Shown here: positions 16,089 to 23,956 of the stretch, piece by piece
Numbering within the stretch: position 1 is the first letter of the stretch
Layout of the letters: every line of letters begins with the position of its first letter
From: Candidatus Nanoarchaeia archaeon
GTDB lineage: Archaea > Nanobdellota > Nanobdellia > Pacearchaeales > GW2011-AR1
Direction of reading: 5' to 3'
Length of the DNA stretch: 24,000 nucleotides
Assembly (NCBI GenBank): GCA_028711165.1
Contig: JAQTST010000001.1
Span: 394,986-418,985 of the forward strand
The notes under the pieces: model-generated
What the model was told of the DNA's origin: nothing
What the model saw: only the letters and a program-made list of their open reading frames with translations
Databases searched by the model: none
Position numbers and translations under genes: made by a program

Positions 16089-16265
16089 ATGGCAAAAAGA
16101 GGAATGAAATTGAGCATGCACAAATTCAAGGGAATAGCAATGATTGTTCTTGGTTTATTGGTAATCGGAAATGTTTACTGGCAGGTTGTAGACTGGGGAA
16201 CATTCATAGGAGTTGTTATTGCTTTGACAGGAGCAATGAAATTATTCATGAAGCATAAGATGTAA
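16089..16265 (+). CDS. Small membrane protein (58 aa, two hydrophobic segments); below the ORF-track cutoff
   Basis: ATG at 16089 is preceded by GAAAGGAGGT with 8-nt spacing. Translation: MAKRGMKLSMHKFKGIAMIVLGLLVIGNVYWQVVDWGTFIGVVIALTGAMKLFMKHKM, with stop TAA at 16263-16265. Confidence 0.55.
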   Translation: MAKRGMKLSMHKFKGIAMIVLGLLVIGNVYWQVVDWGTFIGVVIALTGAMKLFMKHKM

Positions 16266-16313
16266 GAAGATAAATTTTATTTTTTATTTTTTGATATAAA
16301 TAAGAACAAGAAA

Positions 16314-16709
16314 ATGAAAATATATGCGCGTTCGATAGAGAAAGATACTCTGAAGAATAATTACTTCAGGAGAGTTTTGTTTACTGGAAAGCACGCTCAA
16401 CTTGTTGTGATGTCTTTGCTTCCAGGAGAAGAAATTGGAAATGAAATACATAAACATGTTGACCAGTTTTTCAGACTTGAACAGGGCGAGGCAAAATTTG
16501 TTCTGCATAACGGGAAAGAGAAACATATCGTGGGAAATGGCGACGCTGTTATTGTGCCTGCAGGAACCTGGCATAACGTAATAAATAATTCTAAGACGAA
16601 GAAATTGAAATTGTATACGATTTATTCGCCACCAAATCATCCGCCCGGAAGGAAGCAGAAGACGAAAGCGGAAGCGGAGAGGGCTGAGAAGAGGGAACGG
16701 AAACATTAA
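16314..16709 (+). CDS. Cupin-domain protein with a basic C-terminal tail
   Basis: Cupin motifs GEEIGNEIHKHVDQFFRLEQGEA and GDAVIVPAGTWHNVIN. The tail KQKTKAEAERAEKRERKH is Lys/Arg/Glu-rich. Confidence 0.8.
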   Translation: MKIYARSIEKDTLKNNYFRRVLFTGKHAQLVVMSLLPGEEIGNEIHKHVDQFFRLEQGEAKFVLHNGKEKHIVGNGDAVIVPAGTWHNVINNSKTKKLKLYTIYSPPNHPPGRKQKTKAEAERAEKRERKH

Positions 16710-17651
16710 TTACAAAATCAGTTTTTTCTCAAATACATAATAGTATATACTTTTCATTACGGTTAATATTAAAAGAATTATCTCCATAGATGAATCTTTC
16801 TCTATCTTCCATAATTCTAATATAGTCTTTTGAACTTTATGAGAATCTGGATTTCTGAAAGATCCAATAAAATGACACATTATTCGATGTTCTGATAAAA
16901 TTATTAAATTTTTTTTTGATGCAAGAACATCAGCAACTTCTCCAATCCCATTACTATTCTCTAAATTTATATTTTTATCCTTACCTATCCTTCTTAGAAA
17001 AGATTCAAATGCCCCCGCGGCATCATCTATAGAGAGATTTATTAATGAGTCGGATAATAATTTTCTTTCTGGGTCTGTGATATAATTAAATCCTCCTTGT
17101 CCAAGTTTTTCTGAAATAAAAATTTGAGATTCAAAATTATTATTTATTTTTGAGATTAGACTATTAATATATTCTATATTTGGTTTCGAATTTGAAAATA
17201 ACATTGTCAATGAATCTTTTGAAAGCCCAGTTAATCCAAGATATTTACAAAAATTTGTAAAAGTTTTAATGATTATTTTTTCATTAGAAGAATTCAAATC
17301 AAATACAACTTTAGTTTTTCTAACTGAATCTTCAATTAAGTTATCTTTTAAAATATAATCGGCTAACAAAATAAATGGCTTATAATTTAGAAGAGCTTCT
17401 CGAAATAAAATTTGAAAATTGCTTCTAAATTTTGGAAGAAGTAATGCACAATATTGGGATAAAAAAATTTTTTCATCTTTCTCTTCAAATAATCCTAACT
17501 GAATCCCCATAATTATCGCTCTTTTTGTATATTGTGAAGTTCTGTCAATATAACTTGCTAAATAATCAATATTTCCTTCTTTTTTTGATAAAGCTTCAAT
17601 ACAAGAAACTATTGCTTCGGCAGTAATTTCAGGAATTACTTGCTCTTCCAT
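16710..17651 (-). CDS. Hypothetical protein with a C-terminal HEPN domain (Ymh/TIGR02391-like, Rx4H motif) and an N-terminal wHTH-like region
   Basis: The C-terminal ~110 aa read AAGAFESFLRRIG...GIGEVADVLA...HFIGSFRNPDSHKV...MEIILLILTVMKSIY. This reproduces the layout of Ymh-type HEPN domains, including the G..RNP.sH catalytic motif. Start set to the ATG at 17651 (AGGTGA SD just upstream); the ORF-track start at 17657 is a GTG. Very AT-rich. Confidence 0.65.
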   Translation of the reverse strand: MEEQVIPEITAEAIVSCIEALSKKEGNIDYLASYIDRTSQYTKRAIIMGIQLGLFEEKDEKIFLSQYCALLLPKFRSNFQILFREALLNYKPFILLADYILKDNLIEDSVRKTKVVFDLNSSNEKIIIKTFTNFCKYLGLTGLSKDSLTMLFSNSKPNIEYINSLISKINNNFESQIFISEKLGQGGFNYITDPERKLLSDSLINLSIDDAAGAFESFLRRIGKDKNINLENSNGIGEVADVLASKKNLIILSEHRIMCHFIGSFRNPDSHKVQKTILELWKIEKDSSMEIILLILTVMKSIYYYVFEKKLIL

Positions 17652-18495
17652 CTTCACCTAAAGACTTCAATTCTTTTATTAATTCAGCTACCTTCTTAGA
17701 AATTATGATTACATCTGACTTTTCATCTATCTCTAAATTAATATTAAAAATAAAGGGATAATTTGATTTCAATAAATCAGGCAATTTAATTTGCGTAGAA
17801 GTTGGAGATATTTCATTTTTCTCGATAGCTAAATTTTTAACATTCTTATTTTCTTGAATGGATTTTATTTCTTCTGATTTTAATGATAAATTGGAATCAC
17901 TAAGTTTATATTTTTTTGTTGTTTCATCAAATTCTAGAATATTAGCATATTCCAGATAAGTTATAAGTTGAGATAATGCTGTTTGATGATAAGTTTTATC
18001 TGCTTCGCAATACTTCCCTAAACTGCTAATGAGTTCTTCCTCATTCATTTCTGGTTGTAATTTAAATAATTTTAAAGTATATTCTCCAAACCAGGTTGGC
18101 AATATAATTTTTTTAAAGAATTCTCCAGCCCCTTCAGAGTTCCATTCTAATTCATTACAAAATTCTATAGTTTCTTTAGTAGGTAAATAAGTATAATTCT
18201 TTTCTGCAATTAACATATTTATTTTTTGAAAAAAAGCAAGAGCCCCACTAACTATTGTAAAATGCATGCCTGTAATTGGTGCTACATCCTTAGCAGAAAC
18301 AGGATTTTTTCCTTTATTACTTGAAATATTTAATGCCTTAAGTATTTTAATTTGTTTTTCTACAGATGATCTTCCATCTGGAAGTGGAAACTTAGTATCT
18401 CTAGATTGACGAGTTCTTTTGTTTTCATTAATAACCTCTTCTTTTTTTTCTTCAGAAATATTCTCAATTTCATTAGGTTCTAAATTTTCTAACAT
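17629..18495 (-). CDS. Hypothetical protein with two winged-helix-like modules; partner of the HEPN gene
   Basis: ATG at 18495. Acidic N-terminus, then VEKQIKILKALN...VSAKDVAPITGMHFTIVSGALAFFQKINMLIAEKNYTYLPT and ...ALSQLITYLEYANILEFDETTKKYKL, both with wHTH-like helix-turn-helix-wing patterns. Its 3' end overlaps the HEPN gene by 23 nt. No family recognised. Confidence 0.55.
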   Translation of the reverse strand: MLENLEPNEIENISEEKKEEVINENKRTRQSRDTKFPLPDGRSSVEKQIKILKALNISSNKGKNPVSAKDVAPITGMHFTIVSGALAFFQKINMLIAEKNYTYLPTKETIEFCNELEWNSEGAGEFFKKIILPTWFGEYTLKLFKLQPEMNEEELISSLGKYCEADKTYHQTALSQLITYLEYANILEFDETTKKYKLSDSNLSLKSEEIKSIQENKNVKNLAIEKNEISPTSTQIKLPDLLKSNYPFIFNINLEIDEKSDVIIISKKVAELIKELKSLGEDGRASNS

Positions 18496-18548
18496 ATAAA
18501 TTTATATAAAAAATATCTCTTTTTAAGAATTATTGCCTCTAATCACTT

Positions 18549-18612
18549 ATATTCTTCGTATGCAACTCATTTCATTCGCTTCCTGTCTTCATATTCTTCG
18601 TATGTAACTCAT
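18549..18612. repeat. 22-bp direct repeat (21/22 identical), copies at 18549-18570 and 18591-18612, straddling the Lhr stop codon
   Basis: ATATTCTTCGTATGCAACTCAT versus ATATTCTTCGTATGTAACTCAT, read directly from the sequence. Copy 2 encodes the helicase C-terminal residues HELHTKN. Copy 1 lies just 3' of the TGA (18572-18574). Confidence 0.75.
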
Positions 18613-21157
18613 GCATCCTCTTTAGAAATGCCTGCTTGTCCTCTATCTTGATTAAATCGCTTTGTCCTTCAAGAAGAATTCCGATGGCGAACGGAGATGG
18701 GACATCGACGTCCCTGATTTTTAATTTTACTCTTCCCTCTGATATCCACTGAAGAATAATTTTAGCATTTTCAATGTCCATTAAATCTTCAAGCACTTCT
18801 CTTCTTGCTTCGCGGAGGATTGGAAATTCAGACGAGATTTTTCTGACAGCAGCGAGGACAAAATGGCTTTTCATATTCTGCTTTCCGACGCTTCTTTTTA
18901 CTCCCTTGTAAGTTCTCAAAATCATCAGCGAACGGCTGGCACAATGCCTGAACCTTCTCGCGAGAACATCTGTCTTTTCAATTGCCTCTTTCAAAACTTC
19001 CTCTAAATTTTCCGGCTTGATAAAATTCATAACTTTCTCTATATTCATTTTTTCCCCTGCGATGTAAAAACTATTATCATTTATTCCAAGTTCAATATCT
19101 CTGCCTCCTCCTCTTCCCAAAAGAAAACCAATTGCCCTCGACAAAGCGTCATTGACTCTTCTTCCGTACATAGAATGAAAAATAAGATAATTCTTCTGCG
19201 ACTTGTATCTCTCAACCAAAAGAATGCTAGAATTTGGAATCTCAAGAAAGTTATGCTGTTCCTTGAAATAATTGTAAATCGCTTCTGCTGTAGAATCCTC
19301 GACGTAAAGTGTTTCTTTAATCAAACTTATAATTTCTGATTTCTTTGCTTTGCTCTTAAATTTCTCACTCATTAAACTTCTGAACTTATTAATCTCCATC
19401 GCAGAATCGAAACTCAACGGCAGCATTTCTGAAAACCACGACGGGATAGTCGGAGAACGCTGAATATCTGCCTTGACATAAACATTCATTCCTTTAGTAT
19501 ACATGTAAAGATATTTTTTTCCTCCTAAAACAAATACGTCTCCTTTTTTCATTCTCTCCAAAAATCCTTCATCAATTGCACCAACTGGCTCTCCTGACGG
19601 CGCAATCTTCACAGTTATGAAAGACTCGTCAGGAATTGTTCCGATGTTTGTAAGATACATGACTCTCGCCATTTTTCCTTTTTTACCAATCTGTTTTGTT
19701 TTTGCATCATACCAAATTTTTGCGTAGACATTAGTTTTCTCGAGAGCATAATCTCCAGCAAGATAACTTATAACGTCGAAGAAATCGTTTCTTGTCAAAT
19801 TTGAATAACAGTAACTTTTCTTCACCAAAGAAAAAAGCTCGTCGATGTCGCAGATTTTATAAATAGCCATCCCAAATATTTGCTGACTCAAAACATCGAG
19901 ACAATTCTTGGGGAAATAAATTCTGTTGATTTTTTTCTCAACCATTTCTTTCTGGATAACAGCGCACTCGACTAAGTCATCTCTTCCTGTAACAATGAAT
20001 CTTCCCTTTGCTGTTTCGTGAAGCTTGTGTCCTGCTCTTCCTAATCTCTGCAATGCTCTCGCACTTGATTTCGGACTTCCTAACATTATAACTAAATCAA
20101 TAAAACCAATATCTATCCCCAATTCAAGAGAAGTTGAACAAACAACAACTTTTAATTTTCCGTCTCTCAATCTTTCCTCAATATCAAATCTTGAAGTCTT
20201 GCTCAAAGAAGAATGATGTGCTGCAATATTATCGTCGCCGTATTCTGTCGGGAAATTATCTTTCAAATGATTTACAACCCGCTCTGTCGCAGAACGCGTG
20301 TTCGTGAAAATCAAAGTTGTCTTGTGCTCTTTTATCAGAGAGTCAACCAGACTATACATATTATTTCCAAAAGTCAATTCGCTGATTAAATCTCCGATAG
20401 TTAAAAGTTGAACATCTAACTTTTTTGTTAGTTTTACTTCTGCTATGAAAACTTCTCTTTCTTTATCTATTCCGACGAGGAATTTTGCAACTTCATCCAG
20501 CGGAGCAATCGTAGCGCTCAATCCAATTTTTACTGGCCAGATTAAACTAACTTCGTTCAGTCTTTCCAATGTCAAACTCAGGTAAACTCCTCTTTTATTG
20601 TCAAGAGCATGAATCTCGTCGACGATGCAGAACTCAACTGCTTTCATGTAATCAACAAACTTTTTCGTTGTCAGAATTATTGCGAGCGATTCAGGAGTCG
20701 TAACTAAAATGTGCGGGGCTTTCCTTGCCATCTTTGCTCGTTCAGAAGTTGTTGTGTCACCTGTCCTCAAACCAACACGAATTTTCTGAAGCTTGATATT
20801 TTTCTCTTCGGCAATCTTGTAAATCTCTTCAAGAGGTTCAATCAAATTTTTGTGAATATCATTGCTAAGTGCTTTCAGGGGAGAAGTATAAACTGCATAA
20901 ATCTTTTCTTCAAGCTGGTTTTTTTCTGCGAGCATGATGAGATAATTAATTATCGCAAGGAAAGATGTCAGAGTTTTCGAACTTCCTGTCGGCGCTGAGA
21001 TAAGAATATTTTTCCTTTCCCAGACATTGAGAACTCCGTACCTCTGAGTAATAGAGAAATCCTTGAATTTTGAAAAAAACCATTCCTTAACAAGAGGATG
21101 AAGCATTTTTTCTATCTCTTTGCCTTCTCTTTCTTCTGCCTGTAAAATTTCTGTCAT
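18572..21157 (-). CDS. lhr: Lhr-type ATP-dependent DEAH-box (SF2) helicase with a C-terminal DEAD-associated domain
   Basis: Motif I ISAPTGSSKT, motif II CIVDEIH, motif III LSAT, motif VI LQRLGRAGH. The ~400-aa C-terminal extension is typical of the Lhr core (WH + domain 4). 861 aa. Confidence 0.9.
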   Translation of the reverse strand: MTEILQAEEREGKEIEKMLHPLVKEWFFSKFKDFSITQRYGVLNVWERKNILISAPTGSSKTLTSFLAIINYLIMLAEKNQLEEKIYAVYTSPLKALSNDIHKNLIEPLEEIYKIAEEKNIKLQKIRVGLRTGDTTTSERAKMARKAPHILVTTPESLAIILTTKKFVDYMKAVEFCIVDEIHALDNKRGVYLSLTLERLNEVSLIWPVKIGLSATIAPLDEVAKFLVGIDKEREVFIAEVKLTKKLDVQLLTIGDLISELTFGNNMYSLVDSLIKEHKTTLIFTNTRSATERVVNHLKDNFPTEYGDDNIAAHHSSLSKTSRFDIEERLRDGKLKVVVCSTSLELGIDIGFIDLVIMLGSPKSSARALQRLGRAGHKLHETAKGRFIVTGRDDLVECAVIQKEMVEKKINRIYFPKNCLDVLSQQIFGMAIYKICDIDELFSLVKKSYCYSNLTRNDFFDVISYLAGDYALEKTNVYAKIWYDAKTKQIGKKGKMARVMYLTNIGTIPDESFITVKIAPSGEPVGAIDEGFLERMKKGDVFVLGGKKYLYMYTKGMNVYVKADIQRSPTIPSWFSEMLPLSFDSAMEINKFRSLMSEKFKSKAKKSEIISLIKETLYVEDSTAEAIYNYFKEQHNFLEIPNSSILLVERYKSQKNYLIFHSMYGRRVNDALSRAIGFLLGRGGGRDIELGINDNSFYIAGEKMNIEKVMNFIKPENLEEVLKEAIEKTDVLARRFRHCASRSLMILRTYKGVKRSVGKQNMKSHFVLAAVRKISSEFPILREARREVLEDLMDIENAKIILQWISEGRVKLKIRDVDVPSPFAIGILLEGQSDLIKIEDKQAFLKRMHELHTKNMKTGSE

Positions 21158-21215
21158 ATTATTAAATTTAGATAATTTTTATAATGTAGAAGTGATACTA
21201 AACGTTTATAAATCT

Positions 21216-21235
21216 ATATGAAATATAATTCATAT
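21216..21235. promoter_or_regulatory. 20-bp near-perfect palindrome overlapping the ArsR-family start codon: candidate autoregulatory operator
   Basis: ATATGAAATATAATTCATAT has 9 of 10 symmetric pairs and a TGAA...TTCA core resembling ArsR/SmtB-type operators. The ATG of the regulator gene is at 21234-21236. Confidence 0.45.
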
Positions 21236-21554
21236 GAATAAGAAGCCATGCAAAGAAAGTTATAATATTTTTTTTACGAATCTTGCAAATCCCCTGAAAA
21301 TTGGAATAATTCTTTCTCTGAGAGAAAACAGGAAAAATGTAACTGAACTCACCAGAGAACTTGGGGTTGAGCAGAGCAAAATTTCACACGCGCTGAAATG
21401 CCTTAAAGAATGCAAAATTGTCGAGGCAAAAGCCGACGGGAAATCAAGAGTTTATTCATTGAATCGGGAAACAATTTTGCCGATGCTGGAACTTATTGAC
21501 AAGCACGCTTCTGTTCACTGCAAAAATAAATGCTGTTTTAATAGTGAAAAATGA
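21234..21554 (+). CDS. ArsR/SmtB-family winged-helix transcriptional regulator with a Cys-rich C-terminus
   Basis: LANPLKIGIILSLRENRKNVTELTRELGVEQSKISHALKCLKECKIVEAKADGKSRVYSLN is the ArsR-type HTH plus wing. C-terminal HCKNKCC. ATGA overlap with the cysteine desulfurase gene. Confidence 0.85.
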   Translation: MNKKPCKESYNIFFTNLANPLKIGIILSLRENRKNVTELTRELGVEQSKISHALKCLKECKIVEAKADGKSRVYSLNRETILPMLELIDKHASVHCKNKCCFNSEK

Positions 21555-22702
21555 AAACAATTTATTTAGACAATGCTGCAACAACGCGAGTTGACGACGA
21601 TGTTTTGAAAGAGATGATTCCTTACTTTACTGAAAAATACGGGAACGCTTCTTCAATGCACTTCAAAGGACAGGAGGCAAAGTTTGCGATGGAAAAAGCC
21701 AGAAAAATAATTGCAAAAGAAATCGGTGCCAAGCCAGAAGAAATAATTTTCACGTCGGGAGGAACAGAAGCAAACAATCTTACGCTTAAGGGTTTGTTTT
21801 TCTGGAACAAAGAAAATGAAACAGGAAGAAATCATATTATAACGACGAGGATTGAGCATGACTGCATTTTGAATACCTGCAAATGGCTTGAAAGACAAGG
21901 TGCAAAAATAACTTATCTCGACGTCGACGCTGAAGGTTTCATTAATCTGAATGAACTCGAAGATTCGATAACTGACAAGACAATTGTTGTTTCTGTAATC
22001 CACGGGAATAATGAAATAGGAGTTATTCAGGATTTGGAATCTATCGGGAAAATTTGCAGGGCTAAAAATGTTTTGTTCCACACTGACGCGTGCCAGAGTT
22101 TTACCAAGACTTTCCTTGATGTCCGAAGACAAAATCTTGATTTTGTGACTCTGAATGCCCATAAGATTCACGGGCCGAAAGGGGTTGGGGCTTTGTATAT
22201 TCGTGAAGGAATTAAAATAACTCCGACGATGCACGGGGGCGGACACGAGAGAAAAATAAGAAGCGGAACAGAAAATGTTTCTGGAATTGTCGGGTTTGGG
22301 AAAGCTGTTGAAATCGCAAAGAAAAAAGATGTCGAGAAAATGATTAGACTAAGAGATAAAATTATCGACGGTATTTTGAGAATTCCTAACACGAGATTAA
22401 ATGGTTCGAGAGAAAAAAGACTTTGCAATAATGTAAATATTTCTTTCAATAATATCGAGGGAGAATCTATTGGCGGTTATCTTGAAACTTTTGGAATCTG
22501 CACGTCGACAGGAAGTGCCTGCGCGTCGCACTCATTAGAAACAAGTCATGTCCTGAAAGCAATTGGTTTGCTTCCTGTTCAGGCAAACAGCACCTTGAGA
22601 ATTTCAATCAGCAAATATACAACAGAAGAAGAAGTAAATTATTTATTAGAGAAACTTGTTCCTGTTGTGGAAAAGTTAAGAAAAATGTCCCCTATAAAAT
22701 AA
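21551..22702 (+). CDS. iscS: Cysteine desulfurase (NifS/IscS, class V aminotransferase)
   Basis: IYLDNAATTRVDDDVL, FTSGGTEANNL, PLP-lysine region LNAHKIHGPKGVGALY, RSGTENV, and the active-site loop STGSACASHS. Confidence 0.9.
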   Translation: MKTIYLDNAATTRVDDDVLKEMIPYFTEKYGNASSMHFKGQEAKFAMEKARKIIAKEIGAKPEEIIFTSGGTEANNLTLKGLFFWNKENETGRNHIITTRIEHDCILNTCKWLERQGAKITYLDVDAEGFINLNELEDSITDKTIVVSVIHGNNEIGVIQDLESIGKICRAKNVLFHTDACQSFTKTFLDVRRQNLDFVTLNAHKIHGPKGVGALYIREGIKITPTMHGGGHERKIRSGTENVSGIVGFGKAVEIAKKKDVEKMIRLRDKIIDGILRIPNTRLNGSREKRLCNNVNISFNNIEGESIGGYLETFGICTSTGSACASHSLETSHVLKAIGLLPVQANSTLRISISKYTTEEEVNYLLEKLVPVVEKLRKMSPIK

Positions 22703-22769
22703 AATGACATTTATCATTCATTCAACAAAGTTAAATGAAAGGAGGATGAGTCCTATTCAGTAATTTATA

Positions 22770-22898
22770 ATGAAACCAAAAGCAAAAAAGTTCAAAGCCC
22801 ACGCATGTGCTTTCAGGAATGAAGCAGAATGCGAAGAAGATTTGGAAGAAGCTGGTTCCAACTTAGACGAGGCTGAGGACGAATTTTTCGACGATTGA
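22770..22898 (+). CDS. Possible 42-aa peptide with a basic N-terminus and a strongly acidic C-terminus
   Basis: MKPKAKKFKAHACAFRNEAECEEDLEEAGSNLDEAEDEFFDD. The stop TGA is 4 nt before the ATG of the DUF1858 gene (tight coupling). No convincing SD. Below the ORF-track cutoff. Confidence 0.3.
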   Translation: MKPKAKKFKAHACAFRNEAECEEDLEEAGSNLDEAEDEFFDD

Positions 22899-22902
22899 TA
22901 AA

Positions 22903-23139
22903 ATGAAAAAAATAACAACAAAGAAAAAAGTAAATGGAATTACGAAGAATATGACATTCGCAGAAATACTTGAAAAGCATCCTGAAGCGGGGAATGTTCT
23001 ATTTGAAAGTGGGTTGCATTGCATTGGTTGTGGCGGAGCAATGTATGAAACAATTGAACAAGGTTGCATGATGCACGGAATGGGAAAAAAGGAAATTGAT
23101 GATTTAATTAAAAAATTGAATGGAGGAAAAGGGAAATGA
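22903..23139 (+). CDS. DUF1858-type protein (hybrid-cluster-protein-associated redox disulfide domain)
   Basis: ITKNMTFAEILEKHPEAGNVLFESGLHCIGCGGAMYETIEQGCMMHGM...IDDLIKKLN matches the DUF1858 pattern, including the CxxC. Confidence 0.7.
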   Translation: MKKITTKKKVNGITKNMTFAEILEKHPEAGNVLFESGLHCIGCGGAMYETIEQGCMMHGMGKKEIDDLIKKLNGGKGK

Positions 23140-23387
23140 AAGTTAAAGAAAAAACTGAAGAAATGCCCGAGGGATTTAAATTAATAATAAAATGGATTTT
23201 CTTAGTTGTTGGTGTTCCCGGATTAGTAGAAATATTTTTGAGAGCATCAATTCAGCAGAGTTTTGAAACGATGACTTCTGGTTGGCAAATTTTTATAGTA
23301 ATTATGTTAATTATAATATTTGTAGTTTATGAAGTTCTTTCAATTAAATATTTAGTAGAAAAAACTAAAGATTATTTTAATTTATAA
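23136..23387 (+). CDS. Small membrane protein (two TM helices), hypothetical
   Basis: ATGA overlap with the upstream gene. Hydrophobic segments IIKWIFLVVGVPGLVEIFL and WQIFIVIMLIIIFVVYEVL. Confidence 0.5.
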   Translation: MKVKEKTEEMPEGFKLIIKWIFLVVGVPGLVEIFLRASIQQSFETMTSGWQIFIVIMLIIIFVVYEVLSIKYLVEKTKDYFNL

Positions 23388-23388
23388 A

Positions 23389-23787
23389 ATGACAACCATA
23401 ACATATTCAAAAAAAGTTATCAAGGAATTTACTAACCCGAAAAACATGGGCGAGATAAAAGATGCCGACGGGATTGGCAAGGTTGGAAATCCTGTCTGCG
23501 GTGATGTGATGTGGCTTTACATTAAAGTCGGAAAAAATAAAACAGGGAAAGAAATTATTACAGATATCAAATTCAAGACATTTGGCTGTGCTGCTGCGAT
23601 TGCGACATCGTCGATGATAACACAACTTGCAAAAGGCAAGACACTCGCCGAAGCTGAGAAAATAACGAGAAGTGACGTCGCTGAATCTCTGAAAGGACTT
23701 CCCCAAGTTAAAATGCACTGTTCTAATCTTGCGAGTGAAGCACTAAAAAAAGCGATTGAAGATTACAGAGAGAAGAGAAATAATTGA
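23389..23787 (+). CDS. iscU: Fe-S cluster assembly scaffold IscU/NifU-like
   Basis: The three conserved cysteines sit in canonical contexts: GNPVCGDVM, FKTFGCAAAIATSS, VKMHCSNLASEALKKAI. Confidence 0.9.
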   Translation: MTTITYSKKVIKEFTNPKNMGEIKDADGIGKVGNPVCGDVMWLYIKVGKNKTGKEIITDIKFKTFGCAAAIATSSMITQLAKGKTLAEAEKITRSDVAESLKGLPQVKMHCSNLASEALKKAIEDYREKRNN

Positions 23788-23956
23788 TTTCCATACTTTT
23801 ATAAACCGCGATTTCTCTGCACTTGTATAAGAAAACGATTATTGGATAGCGAGTTCCCACATACGAAAATAACTATAGACAGGGTATTTGCTATAGATTA
23901 TAACATTTCTTGTTAGAAATACCAAAACGAAAGTAAATAAGTATTAGAAAAAAACA

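Noticed and set aside
22733-22769. Strong SD-like AAAGGAGG followed immediately by ATG (5-codon mini-ORF MSPIQ) upstream of the acidic peptide ORF
   Set aside because: The ATG abuts the SD with zero spacing, and the next ATG (22770) is 24 nt away, too far to be served by it. This may be a leader or regulatory remnant, but nothing in the sequence supports a specific function.
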